A DNA stretch of 63,273 nucleotides, the filler included, from Olpidium bornovanus S191 (taxonomy: Eukaryota; Fungi; Olpidiomycota), in assembly GCA_017911155.1 (NCBI GenBank). It is 29 parts of 29 records of this genome, joined end to end, with 100 filler letters (N's around TTAATTAATTAA, not from the genome) between each part and the next. Parts side by side here need not be neighbours in the genome. Positions count along the whole stretch, not along the records: positions 47,359 to 48,932 come from JAEFCI010002127.1; positions 49,033 to 50,092 come from JAEFCI010002320.1; positions 50,193 to 52,001 come from JAEFCI010002572.1; positions 52,102 to 57,817 come from JAEFCI010002186.1; positions 57,918 to 59,007 come from JAEFCI010010688.1; positions 59,108 to 60,328 come from JAEFCI010005187.1; 23 more parts are not named here. One strand, written 5' to 3'. This document shows positions 47,361 to 59,458 of the stretch, piece after piece; within the stretch, counting starts at the first letter, position 1, and every line of letters begins with the position of its first letter. A program made the translations under genes and the position numbers. Under the pieces are notes generated by a model, which saw nothing but the letters and a program-made list of their open reading frames with translations, did no database searches and was not told where the DNA came from.

Positions 47361-47952
47361 ATGGTTACGCGCGAACTTCTGGAGATAAAGAATAAAGGGG
47401 GCGACGAAGACGGCGGAGGCGAATACAGGCCTCCCTGGGAGAGAGGTAGGAGAGCCCAGAATGAAAAGGGCGCTCGCGCTTCGTCGCGAACGGCGGACCG
47501 CGAGTCATCGGGTGAGGACGAGCGGCCGCGGAAAAAACGTCCTCCGCGCAGACTGTCGGCGGGCGAAAAGGCCCAGCTGTACGATCTCCTGCAGAACGTT
47601 GACAACGAGAAGATGCTCGACGTTTTTGAGATAATCGAGGACAAGATGCCGGGCGTACGCGAGGCGGTAGCCGCCGCGGACCAGGCGGCAGAAGAAGCCA
47701 CGCTTGAGCTCGACCTGGAGAAGCTCGACGTCGCAACGTGCGTCGCGCTTCGCAACTTCCTGGTTTTCCGAAAATACCCTCGCGCCCGTAATAAGCCGAG
47801 CTCTGGCAAGATCCCGGCGGGACGAGGAGGTCAGGCCGAAGGCTCCAAGTGGTCCAAACCGGGAAAGAGTCCGTTGACGACGGAGGAAGAAGCGCGCGAG
47901 ATTCACCTCCTGCAGGGGAAGCTGGATAGGTTTGAAAAAGCGAACGGTCGCG
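47361..47952 (+). CDS. BET-family (Bdf1-like) protein, ET domain and C-terminal region; 5' truncated
   Basis: LSAGEKAQLYDLLQNVDNEKMLDVFEII...LELDLEKLDVATCVALRNFL (ET domain) and EEEAREIHLLQGKLDRF, then a GTGAGT donor. A Ser/Gly/Asp-rich segment ending at 48276 may be the last exon. Confidence 0.78.
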
Positions 47953-50192
47953 GTGAGTCGCGCGCGGGAAGGTGGCGGGGGAGGGAGGGCAGGGGAGGGA
48001 GGGCGGGGGCGGGTGGGGGGGAGTCGCCCAATGTGCCGCAAAAGGTTCGGATCATCCCGTTGTTTTCGCAAATCTTGCAGCGGCACGGCCCCCGGGAGCT
48101 TGGAAAGTCTTAACAACGCTTCCCCCGGCATAACAAAAAACGCCAGTGTCCGCCGTTTTTTCGAACGGCGGAGCCGGAGGCGTCGCGCGCAGTGTCGCCA
48201 GCGACAGCAGCGGCAGCGGCAGCGGCGACGGCGAAGACGGCTCCGGGTCCTCTTCGTCGTCGGAGAGTCTGCTGTAAAAAATGGTTTGGAGGGGCAGAAA
48301 AAAAAAAAAAAAAAAAAAAACGCCCATTGCCCGAAGGGCTTTTTTGTTCGCATCGTTATAGCCACAGAAATATCACAATGCCTCTTTATGCAGTACTATG
48401 TATCCATTTAATAATGCTGTAGTAACACTAGATGGAATTCGATGCGTCGCGTCTTCCCGTCCTCCCGCAACCGTCGTCTCCGAGTGGGAGGCCGTTTCGC
48501 CGGAAATACTGGAAAGAGATGAGGCTCCGGGGAGCAGCTGGGGCAAGCATGGCTCCCGGGCAGTGGAGGACGGTGCGCCCTCAGGCGGCCGGATCGTACC
48601 GGCGCCGTCCTCGGGACGGAACGCATTTGTACCCGGTCAGCTTGCGGTCAGTCCACGGGGACCAAAATCGCGCGTGACGAACTCGCGGTTCTTCAAGATT
48701 GTGCGTGTGGCGGACACTGTCGGATCAACACATCGACTGTCTCACCACCTTCCACGCTGTGGGAGAAAAAAAAAAAAAAAAAAAAAAGACGACGAAACGC
48801 CTACTGGGACGCATGTACGTGACCGTGACGAAGGCCGCGATCTGACGTTCCGGAACGGTGTTACGTCGGAATGGATTTCGGGCGGATACGGAGACGTAGT
48901 TCAGCAAACCCGTTTTGCGCGGTCGGATCAAANNNNNNNNNNNNNNNNNNNNNNNNNNNNNNNNNNNNNNNNNNNNTTAATTAATTAANNNNNNNNNNNN
49001 NNNNNNNNNNNNNNNNNNNNNNNNNNNNNNNNCATGTACGAAAAAAAAATAATTTCTGCGCCGCTTCCCTAGTGTAAAGGGGAAACTGTGCTAAGACTCT
49101 CTCTCCCTCCACGCGTTCGTGTTTTTTGCAGTACGGCGTCGTCCGGCGGGAGAGATGCGTCTCATCCTCCCTCCGCGCCACCGGTTCAAGCGAGAGGAAC
49201 GCCGCTTCCGCGTCTTCGGCCAACACCGACGGTAACGGACGGGATACGCGCACCGAGGCGCTCGACCGGCCGAGTTCCGCAAACCCGACAGCAGGCGGCA
49301 CGCCGCAGCATTCCGTACGGAAGTCGTATGGCGTGCGCTTTCAGGTTAGCTGCAAGCGGTGCCTTTCCCACCACACCCGCCACTCCCCCCTCGCCCTCCT
49401 CCGCCCGAGTCTTTTTGCGTTTTCTTTTTGTCTGCGCGGCCGGCGGTTGGAAAGAAAGTCACCTGACGTTTTTCGCAGGAATACTTGCACAAGGGAATCG
49501 GTTTGTGGCCGCCGCTCGCCGCAATCGCCGGGATGTTTTTTGTGACGGGCGCAATATCGTACGTGACCATCAAAGCAAAATTCGAGAGAACCGCGGCGGC
49601 GGCGCGACGGCTGGCAGGAAAACAATCAGATTCCCAAAAATTTGAAGCGGATTAATGGGCTACACAGTGTTTTTTGAGCGAAATATCCGCGGGGTACAAA
49701 ATCCACTTATTCTCGCATGCCGGGTCGGCGCGAAAAAAGGGGAGGGGGCGTGGAAGTGGCGCGAGGCCGAGGAGCAGGGGTTTAGCAGCAGGGTTTACGT
49801 ATGCATTGCAACCGATCGTGGCGGCCATGGTCGCTCACATGAGCTAATGGGTAAATAGATCCCAGAAGCATAATATGACACGACAGAGTTGAATTTAGGA
49901 TTCACGTCGGTTTGATCAACATCAAATTAGTTGCTCCAAAATTTACAGTCATCAATACTGAAGATCCTTGGCAATCAAAACTTTAATCCGCTTCATGTCT
50001 TCCAAGGCTTTTTATTTGCATCAGCTCTTGAAAGAACTAACAAGCATGGGACGCAGAGCACAATTTGCCACGTTGGGAGAGGCGGGCCGGGGNNNNNNNN
50101 NNNNNNNNNNNNNNNNNNNNNNNNNNNNNNNNNNNNTTAATTAATTAANNNNNNNNNNNNNNNNNNNNNNNNNNNNNNNNNNNNNNNNNNNN

Positions 50193-50929
50193 CATGAGCC
50201 GAGGCAATACCGGCCACCGTTCGCGCACATCTGCCGGTAACCCCCCGGCTAACGATGTGGCCAGAATTCCGGCCAAAGCGCTAAACCGCGTTCCCGTTAA
50301 AGATCAGGCCGAACCCACCCAATTAGCTTTTCCGCGCGAGCAGAACCACGAGCTTCCCGGACTCACACCCAGAAGCCGGCCATAATCGACAGCAGAAACG
50401 TCTTCAGGATTTTGGTGTGGCACTTCTTGTGCCCGAGACCTTCCAGTATCGCGACGATCTCCTGCGGAGTGTTGTGGGATCTCGGAAACTCGGGCATTGC
50501 TATTTCCGGAACGGAGCTGACGAAGTTGCCCTGTTCCAGCGATGCCACGTCGGGTTCTGGGTTCGGGCTGCAGCGGCCGTGCTGGCGGCAGTGGTGCTGC
50601 TGGCGTTCCGGCTGGTCGTAATCTTGGTGGCCAGAGCTGAACGAAGATTTGTGCTCCTGGAAACCGCCATCGTTAGCGACCACGCCGGCGATCTTGGCGG
50701 GGCGCAGTCGCTCAACAGACGTCCTCGACGACCGACAAGCGTTGTCCGACGGCGGAGGGCTTCCGTAGTCGCTGGCGCAAACGACGGCGGGGGGTGCTCC
50801 AAGCTTCCCGTCATCGGGCGAGGGCGGACCCCCGCCGGCAAGCGGGGCTGCGGCGATGGGCGAGCGCTGGCTCGCGACAGGCAAGCGCGGCCCCAGCGGA
50901 CCGTCCTCGGACTTGGCGGCGGTCGCCAT
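50193..50929 (-). CDS. Formate/nitrite transporter (FNT) family channel, 5' part
   Basis: A long disordered N-terminus, then TPQEIVAILEGLGHKKCHTKILKTFLLSIMAGFWV. Intron 50365-50281 joins to ALAGILATSLAGGLPADVRERWPVLPRLM (FNT TM1 region). Confidence 0.78.
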
Positions 50930-53900
50930 GTCTTGCGCCGAGGAAGCGCACTCTCGACGGCCGGAGGCTTTGGCGAGGTCGGGCGCGGGAGTCCCTCGGG
51001 GGAAGGCCCTCGGAGAAGGCCGGGGCAGCGGGCGGGCCGGCGGGCGGGTGGGTCCAGCCAACGGTCGCTGCCGAGGGCGCCGGGCGTAGCAGCGGGCGCG
51101 CGACTCTTTCCTCCTCCGGTCGGGTCGGACCGGGAAAGGAGGAGACCGGGTTCTTATTAAATTTCACTAACTCTTATTTTTCCTTTTTCATATTTGCTTT
51201 TTTTTCCCGCCGCCCAACTGCACGCGGTTCGCCCCCTTTCCCCTCCCCCTTCCCGCCCCCGCTTCCCCCCCGCTTCCCCCCCGACCTCCGTCCTCTCCCC
51301 CGCCGCCCCCGCCGCCCGATCCGCCGCGCACAAGGACGAACGGGCGAGAAAACCCTTTTCCGTCGCGTGCGCGTGCAGGCCAATTCGTCAGAATTCCGCG
51401 CCCGGGCAACCCTGGTGTCATCCCCCGCCGCGCGTCTCCATTGAGGCTCGTCACTTTGTTCAGAGCGGGTGCCCCCCCCCCTCCCCCCCGGGCTTTGTAC
51501 GGCCGAATCCCCAATTTGACGTTAAAGCGTTTCCTCGATCTCGTCAAACTTCGGGGTCGGGGGGAGAAGGGGGAAGGGAAAGGTTCTCAATACACTTCTT
51601 TTTAAAGGGAAAATAGGCGCGCTTGCGGCGCGCTTTGCAGGGGGGGGTGTGGAATTACCGCGAAGTTTGTTTCCCGTCCGCTGCCAAGCGGCTCCCGTGT
51701 GGTTGAGATCAAGAGAGACAGATAACAATAACCAAAAAAAAAAAAAAAAAAAAAAAAATCGAAAAACTTCGCGCGACTTGCAACGAAAAAAAAGGAGAAT
51801 TCGCGCGCGACTTTTTCGAATGTCACTTTTGACAGACTAACGCCCGATAGATGTCCGTGAACGGTCGCCGAAAAGTCAAAAACCGCGCCTCGGCGGAACG
51901 GCGAAGGAGTAGCTGCTTCGATGCCTCGCGGACGCGATTTTCGGATTGAGAATTTCGCGAACCGGCGCGCAACGCCACCTGCGGTGGGGGGAGGGGGGGG
52001 GNNNNNNNNNNNNNNNNNNNNNNNNNNNNNNNNNNNNNNNNNNNNTTAATTAATTAANNNNNNNNNNNNNNNNNNNNNNNNNNNNNNNNNNNNNNNNNNN
52101 NCATGCCGACCGCCACACCTGAAAATCCTCCCGGTCGCCATCGTCGCCGACGTCGATCGCCGCTCCGTGGCTGGCGTCGATCCCCGCACGACCGGCGTTC
52201 CGCGCGTTGCAGCTCCCCACGGCAACCCAACAGCGCATCTTCTTCTCGTCCGCGCTCGAAATCCAGGCCACCTCTGTTCCGTCGGGCTGAGATTGCATAC
52301 CTAACCTTGCAGACATCAACCACGTTTGCCCCAAGATAAGCGGGTACCCGAGGGCGTCTTGGATGAACAGGTTGACTTCCGTCGACGTCACCGACTTCGA
52401 TACGGATGTTGAGACAGGCCCCTCACAAATACGACTTCCCATGCGCCTTGCACATCTGCCAGATAGGCCGCGGATCATACAGCCAATTCGCTTCGGCAGC
52501 GAGCTGAGCGTCGGCCACGGTGATCTTGCTGCCAGAATTAATCAAGGCACGGACGGCACGCCCGAGACTCGGGATGAACACCTCGACTTGCGGGCATGAC
52601 CACGCCCAGGCCCCCTTCTCGATCTCGGACGAAGGCTCCGGGCCGGGTACCCTCGCCGCGTGGACACGACCGACCGACGGTCCCCCTCCAACTGGGACGG
52701 CGTTCACCTCCGGCAGCTGGATCACGTCGAAGTCGAGGTCCTGCCGCTCGTCCGCCCCGTCCGTTGACGTGTCCGTCCTGTCCTTTTCGAGCCGCGTCGC
52801 TTGGACAGCCACCCTCTTCGTCCTCAGTTGCTGATTAATTGCCTGCAGCATAGATATAGGGACCACGTTCAGCAGGGTCGTGACATCGACCGTCGCGGTA
52901 GCGTTGAGAACCGCATCGACGGCAAGTTGCTCTGGGTCTTTCTTTCGTACTGGGACTTGCAGCATATACGCCGGTTTCGCCGATTTGTCCTTCTCGGTCG
53001 GGGCCGAGACGCCTGCGACCCCAACGGCATCGCTCTCGCCCGGCGCAAGGGGCGGCTTCGACGCACTTCCCTTCCCAATGGCACTCGCAGGCTCCCAGAA
53101 TCCTGGAGGAGAACGTCCGCCCCCGTTCGCCTGGCGACCCTTGCCCTCGGTGACCACGTGCGCCCCTTGCCGTGGTCGCTTCAAAGCGGCCGCATCGTCG
53201 CCGACCGGCCTCGCTCGCTTCTCATTGACCGTCACCGTCTGTACGCGGACGCCGAATTCAGGCTCCCCGAGGCGAATGGCACTGTTTCTGCCAACGCTCA
53301 CTAGTGCTCCCTGGTCTCACTCGGCCGGTAGTACCGCCCGCATCCCCCCGGTGCCCGGGCGAACGACCGGGAACGATCGAGAATCCGGCCGGCAAACAAG
53401 GCCGCGGTCGTCAATTCGCACTTTTCCCCGGTCGATGGTCTGCCGCAGGTCCGCGCAGTCACGCCGGATGTGGCCCTCCTGATCGCACTACATGCATACT
53501 CGGGCCTGACAAGCCCATTGCCCTCCCGCCGGAGGAGGCGGGCCGGGCTCCCAGCGAGCCCGACTCGACGTCGTCGACACCGTCGGCCCGGCGGCGGACT
53601 GCATCCGTTCGATCGCAGCGATGAAATTGAGCAAAAGTCGCTCCAATCGGTCACATAAGTCACTTACTTCCCCTCGGCGAGGCCCAGTTGAGAACGCCAA
53701 CGCGTCGCTGGACGGTCTCGCTACGTTTGCCGCAACTTCGACCACGGACGACCTGGGCGCTTTTTCGACCCGTCGGACGACCCGAGTTACTTTTGCCATA
53801 TTCCGGATCACCTCTGAGACCCGTAGCCAGTCTGCTGTCAGGGCATCCCCCTCCCTCAAGGTCTTGGCTGCCTCGCGCCGGATCGCCGTCAGCATCGCGC

Positions 53901-54443
53901 GCAACAGCCACACCGTTTTCTCCGCAAAATAAGCACGCTCAGTCGTGTCGAGGTCACCGTACCGCCGGTCGAACCCCCGCAAAATGTCATCAGGATCCCC
54001 CCAATCCTTGGGCCCGTCGATCCATGCCACGAAGCGTTCGACCGTCACCCGCGTCTCGTCGAACCGCCGGAAGGCTTCGCGCAGCCTCTCCTTCGCCCGC
54101 ACCCACGTCATCCCCATTGTTAATTCGCGGACCTGTTCGTCAAGATCTTCGTGTACCGTCAGTTCGAACTGCAGCGCGACGTCCGCGTCCGCCAAGCGAA
54201 GCGGCTTCATAGCCACTTCGAACCGCCGCAGGTACTCTGTAACGTTACGTCGGTCGAAGCGCCCTTTCGCAGTGACAAATGCTTGTAATGCTCCCTGAAT
54301 CTCCGAGGTGCAAATCTGGATAACCAGGTGACACACCCGAACGTTGCCCATCGCGTCAACCGTTTCGGCCCTCGGTCTCACTGTCATCGATCGCCGCTCT
54401 CAGCGCAGACTACCCTTGTTACTTTTCGGTCTTACCCGCACTT

Positions 54444-54460
54444 CCTGCTCGGGAGCACCA
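54444..54460 (-). promoter_or_regulatory. Primer-binding site of element B
   Basis: TGGTGCTCCCGAGCAGG; its complement ends CGGGAGC-A-CCA, a tRNA 3' end with a GCTCC-type acceptor stem. Confidence 0.72.
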
Positions 54461-54463
54461 ATT

Positions 54464-54929
54464 TGTCGAGATCGAAACGCCTTGGTGGAGCCCTCTCGTC
54501 GTCGGGGAGAGTAGGGCGAAGGGCAATCGATGGGACGGAGGATAGGATGGCAGGCGGCAGAGCCGTACCCGCTGGGGGCTTGCGCGGAACAGGGAGGGGG
54601 TGCGAAGGGGAGGGCAAGACGAGAGGAGACGGAACGCTTCCCCTTCGAAGGACGCGGAAGAACCAGCGCGCGGACGGACGCTTTTACTCCTGGCCTGACG
54701 GCGCAAAGAACGCTCGAAACCCAACTCCCTCGACCTCGACCCCGGGCTGCCCGACGGCAGTTCTCGACTCCAACCCCCTCTTTTCCGATTGCCCGACGGC
54801 AACTTCGACTTCGCTCTCTTTTCGACGTCGAGGGAATTTTGGTGTGTAGCGGTATAAGCGTGGACGAAGCAAAGAAAAAACAGTCTCGGAGGAGTTCGTT
54901 GCGTTCCAAAAATGGCATCTGCCATCACA
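54464..54929 (-). repeat. Putative 5' LTR of element B (TGTGA...CA, about 466 bp)
   Basis: The minus strand starts TGTGATGG and ends TCGACA, 3 nt before the PBS. It has the same TGTGA start as element A. Confidence 0.55.
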
Positions 54930-55337
54930 TGCCTTCCATTGCCGCTACGTGATCCCCCTGGCATCGACGGGGTCGACGGCACCGAGGGCGATGATGCTCC
55001 AACGCACGCCCTGGAACGGAGCGAAGTGCGGCCGGGGGACAGAGAATTATGGCAGGTCCCCGTGTCTCCTAATGTCCCCGGTCACACCTTACACCTGCGA
55101 ACAACAAACACTGGAAACAAATCTGATCCCTAGAATCTGTCGCCAACTGGGGCGACTACGACATCATGGTTGCCCAGAAGAATTTCGGATGAAGAAGCGC
55201 CGCGAGGAAAACCATTGGCAGAGAAAGTGTTACCCGGGCCTGTGCCAAGACAAGGTTTTGAAGTTCCACGAAGGTTTTGGACCTGGAGGTCCTGAGATAG
55301 TTGAAGAAGGCCAGCAGGAGAAGACACCACGGGCAAC

Positions 55338-55781
55338 CTACCTTGCCACTATCTCGTTCCCGTCGAGGTTCGGAATTCTTTTCGACGCATGCTTGTTCAC
55401 GTACTTCATCAATTCGGTGAAGCCAGCTCCCTTCCGGACATTCTTGCTGGTGCCGACCTGCATTTTGCCGCTCATCCCATTGATATTTGTGAGGTTCTGA
55501 TTGTTTTCCAGCCACTCAACGATGAGCTCGTAGTGCTCCCTTGCGAATTTGGCTCTTGGCGTTTTGCTAGCGTCGTTTGCTTCGTCGTCGTCGTCGTCTG
55601 CACTGGCTTCCCCGGGGAATTGGGCAGCCGGGCCTTGGGCTGCGTCACTGCTGTTGAAGATGGTGCCGCTGGCAGCACCGAGGTCTCCTTCACTGCTAGG
55701 GCCTCCTCTTGATGTTTCCTCTGGTGTCATGGGAGGTCCTGACACGGCAGCATGACACATGTCACTGCCAGTAACGTTCAT
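55338..55781 (-). CDS. Hypothetical ORF, possibly a transposon-associated Myb/SANT-like protein
   Basis: An acidic disordered N-terminus, then FAREHYELIVEWLENNQN...GFTELMKYVNKH, resembling helix-turn-helix domains of DNA-transposon accessory proteins. Weak, by-eye match. Confidence 0.3.
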   Translation of the reverse strand: MNVTGSDMCHAAVSGPPMTPEETSRGGPSSEGDLGAASGTIFNSSDAAQGPAAQFPGEASADDDDDEANDASKTPRAKFAREHYELIVEWLENNQNLTNINGMSGKMQVGTSKNVRKGAGFTELMKYVNKHASKRIPNLDGNEIVAR

Positions 55782-55974
55782 ACCAATTGTGGCGTTGCAA
55801 TTCAGAGTTAACGGTTCTTGGTTGTTTTGGTTTTGGACTGGGTTATGGAAGGCGTTCAGTTTTGTTTACGCCGCCATGGTGGGTGATGGCTGCGCGAGCC
55901 TGCTGGGCTACCTTGCTGGACTAGCCTTGGGCTTCCAAGGGCAAGACCGAGTCCCAGAAGCTGCCGTCATACGG

Positions 55975-56083
55975 TATCACCGGTGATAGATCCTATCAAC
56001 CACCTCTCGCAATTTATTCCACTCTCTCGTTCGACGACGCGAGCGGGCGTGGAGGTGGTCGATAGGATCTATCACCGGTGATA
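55975..56083. repeat. 32-bp inverted repeat (1 mismatch, 45-nt spacer) with an internal 14-bp palindrome
   Basis: 55975-56006 TATCACCGGTGATAGATCCTATCAACCACCTC is the reverse complement of 56052-56083 except at one base. Confidence 0.95.
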
Positions 56084-57531
56084 TGGGGCAATCGCTGACT
56101 CTCCGTATCACCAGTTCTTTGACGGCCGTATCACCTGTGGTTTGACACCCCCTATTATATATATGTTGCGGTTTGCTCTTTTTCTTCTTCCCGTCCTCCC
56201 CTTCTTGTCTTCCTTTGCTTGCTGTTCGCAAAAAAAAAGTCTCCTTTCAATAGCACGTTGATGGTCACGTGACCCGTAGAACGCATCATACTGTCCACAA
56301 CATTCCTCCTCGCTCAAAGGGCCTTGGTTCATACCAAAAATGGAATACTCCTTTTGGTGCTCATACCCTCAGGCGTCTCAGGAGATCCGCCCGTTCTCTG
56401 TGCAGCTGGGGACCCGCGCTGCCTGCCCATGGAGACTATCCCTGGCCCCACCACACGCCCTGTCCCCAACCCCCAAGCACGCCCCTGTCGCCTCCCCACT
56501 CCCCCCCCCCCCACCAAAGCACGAGAAAAAGGTGCGGTGGTGGACGTTCTGTCGGCGGGATTTGCGTGCGGCGTGAATTTAGAAGCCCTGCAAATGCAGT
56601 GGGCAGTGTGATCGATAAGAAAGGGCGACTCCGGGGCGGCGGTCCAATCCCCCCCACACGCGGCCCCCCTTCACCGTCTGCAAAGCAACGTACCTTATGC
56701 AATAATCAACCTTGGCAGCCGACCCTGAAGGTTTTGCTGCCAAGGCGACACCCCTACATCCGCTTCCCGTCACGCGCCACACTGTGATGGGCGGTCGTGC
56801 CGCAAGCTTTTTGACACCTGACAGCATACGGTGTCCCTTGGCCTACTCTGTTTTTGGCAAGCTTTCCCGTCGACCCCCCACGCCCCCTTGCTTTGCACGA
56901 TATCGGAATCAACCGGCGATCCCGATTTGCCCTCCCTGGGCTGACTGATCTCGCGCACGGCCGCCGCTGTTTCCGGGGAGTTTCCACCCCCAGGCCTGGC
57001 GTCGGAGAGGGCACGGCAAACGAAAAAGCGCCCGCGCGCCGGTGAGACTTCATCTCCCGCTGCAGTTTGCCAGAACGACTAACTCTCCATTCCACCCTGG
57101 AGCGTTGGCTCTCAAAAAAAAAGCTCTTCAGTGGATTGGCAGATACGCCCGGAGCATTTGACAGGTGCACTATTGGACGGCGTGGGCCGGAGGTGGACCC
57201 GCCAACGGCAACCCCCGGGGTTGTGATAAGCCCGAGAAGACAAGACTTGTGCAGAGAAAACAGGGGGGGGGGGTTAGACCTTGCCGCCGACGCCGCTGGT
57301 CCGCGGTTTCACCGCCAGTTCTTCTGGAAGTAGGGCGAGTCTGATATCAGGCTGACCGACTTATCGAAAACCCATTCTCCGACCCCTAACTACTGCTCGA
57401 CAACTTTCTGGACACTCTCGTTAGGCAGCTTCTCCGCCGCAACACTGGTATTTCGGAGTGGAACAGGAAAGGAAAGGCGGAAAGGGGGAAAGGGGTGCGA
57501 GGGGTTATTGCGGCCAAGGCGGGACGCGGGC

Positions 57532-57620
57532 GGCCAGGGAACGTCCCGCGGCCGGCCAGGAAACGGCCCGGGGCCGGCCAGGGGACGTCCCGCGGCCGGT
57601 CAGGAGGACGTCCCGTGGGC
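57532..57620. repeat. GC-rich 22-bp minisatellite, 4 copies
   Basis: Units start at 57532, 57554, 57576 and 57598; consensus GGCCAGGGGACGTCCCGCGGCC. Confidence 0.85.
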
Positions 57621-58028
57621 AATCGAGGCATTAGAAACCCGTTGTTCGGTTCCTCCCGAACAAAAAACTAGGGAACAGCAGCGCTCCGGCGACACCGACA
57701 ACCCGATCCACGACGGACCCCGGGCAGGGCAGTGCTCTTCCCCGCAGGTTCCGCCCCCCCCCCCCCCCCCCCCCCCGCCCCGCCCCCCGCCCCCCCCCCC
57801 CCCCGCCCCTCCTCCCCNNNNNNNNNNNNNNNNNNNNNNNNNNNNNNNNNNNNNNNNNNNNTTAATTAATTAANNNNNNNNNNNNNNNNNNNNNNNNNNN
57901 NNNNNNNNNNNNNNNNNGCATGACGCGGCACGGCCTTCGTACGTGGTGCGTCCGGTGTTCCGTTGTTCCGACACTCTGCCACTGCTGGCTTTTAATAGAG
58001 CACGTACGATCTCGTTCCATATACTTAG

Positions 58029-59006
58029 GGCCCAATTGTGCTAACCGACCTGAGCCTGGGCGATGGTCTACCGCTATTTGGTGGTGCTCGCATACGGCCC
58101 ACGGAGGATGACTGCGGTCTGGTGAGTTCGTTATATTGTGCCTTATTTGCGTTGGACAAGAGCAGTGTGTCCTGTATTACCCAAAGATCAATAATCGCTC
58201 TAGTCGTCATTTTCCCCGCTGTTTCTTGCCAACCCGTTTTAGTACGCAGAGCTGCAGTTCGACTTCAACAACGAGATCTCAGTTGGCTTTAAAACCCACT
58301 TGCTCATCAACTGGCCAAAGCCTTCCATAGCCGCGTTGCCGATTTCGTTGATGCTGTCGGTCGAGCGACTTTCGGGCGCGGTGTGTCCTTTTATTGTCCC
58401 TACAAGCACGTTCATCAAACGGCTTTCATTTTTTTTTTCGTTGTTAACATTTCGCTTTTTGGGTTTCCGTGTGTTAGTTGGCCATCGAATTCGTCGCCGT
58501 TCCGAAACCGTGTTTCCACGTGTCGGTTTTGCCGGGCTACGATATGGTGCTGGACATCCGTTCGCTCATCGGCCACCGGGCGAAAGTGCAAGACATACCG
58601 AAAGTCACGTCGCTCGTCGAATCGCGCCTGCGAAGCGCGTTCGACAGCCAATTGGTGTACCCGATGAGAAGAGTGATACCGCTGCCGAGCCTGTGGACCA
58701 ACGTGGACCGGCATCTGCGCGAGTCGGCGGAGGAGGAGGAGCAGCAGGAGCCGCCGGCTCCGGCGGAACCGGTGGCGCCTTCGGCCGCGCGCGGCGAGCC
58801 TGGTGAACTATCGGCGGAGGACGACGGCAACGCGTCCGGCGCTGCCATTCTCGGCAACAGCCCCCAGCCGGACTCCGCCGGCGCCGCAGGCGCTGCCGCC
58901 GTGGACCTCGACGGCGGGAGGATCTCCCGCGACGGGATTACGGCAGACTGCCGCCGGTCGCCAACAGAGGGCGAAATGCCGTCCGAGCCAGGTCGCAAAT
59001 ACCATG
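58029..59006 (+). CDS. MMM1: ERMES subunit Mmm1 (SMP domain), internal/3' exons
   Basis: Exons 58029-58122, 58243-58380 and 58478-59006: LTDLSLGDGLPLFGGARI|YAELQFDFNNEISVGFKTHLLINWPKPSIAALPISL...|VLPGYDMVLDIRSLIGHRAKVQDIPKV...PLPSLW. Confidence 0.9.
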
Positions 59007-59458
59007 ANNNNNNNNNNNNNNNNNNNNNNNNNNNNNNNNNNNNNNNNNNNNTTAATTAATTAANNNNNNNNNNNNNNNNNNNNNNNNNNNNNNNNNNNNN
59101 NNNNNNNAAAAAAAAAAGGACAAAAGAAAAGAAAAAAGAAAGGAAGATAAAAAACAGAAAAATAAAGAGCAAAGAGAGAAAGAAAAAAAAACGAAGAAAA
59201 ATGAAAAAAGTAAAGAAGAAAAAAAAACGAAGAAAAATGAAAAAAGTAAAGAAGAAAAAAAAAACGAAGAAAAATGAAAAAAGTAAAGAAGAAAAAAAAA
59301 ACGAAGAAAAATGAAAAAAGAAAAGAAGAAAAAGAAAAAAGCAACGTAAAAATGAACGGAAAAGAAAAGTTTCCAGATCGGAGAGGCGGAGATATAAAAA
59401 AAAAAGCCAACCAACCGCCAGCCACCGAGATCTCTCTCTCCCTCTCCCTCATACTCAC

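Larger units (their letters stand above)
52102..54929 (-). mobile_element. Ty3/gypsy LTR retrotransposon B, decayed 5' part (LTR, PBS, gag, CCHC knuckle, aspartic protease)
   Basis: Gag RFDRRNVTEYLRRF; knuckle CM*CDQEGHIRRDC; in-frame stops at 53488, 53317 and 52423; protease site ALINSGSKI (D lost); frameshift near 52380 before LFIQDALGYPLILGQTW. Confidence 0.88.

Noticed and set aside
59108-59340. A-rich ~35-bp tandem repeat encoding Lys-rich ORFs
   Set aside because: It lies at a contig end within the SMS-like intron and has the same signature as other degraded tails.
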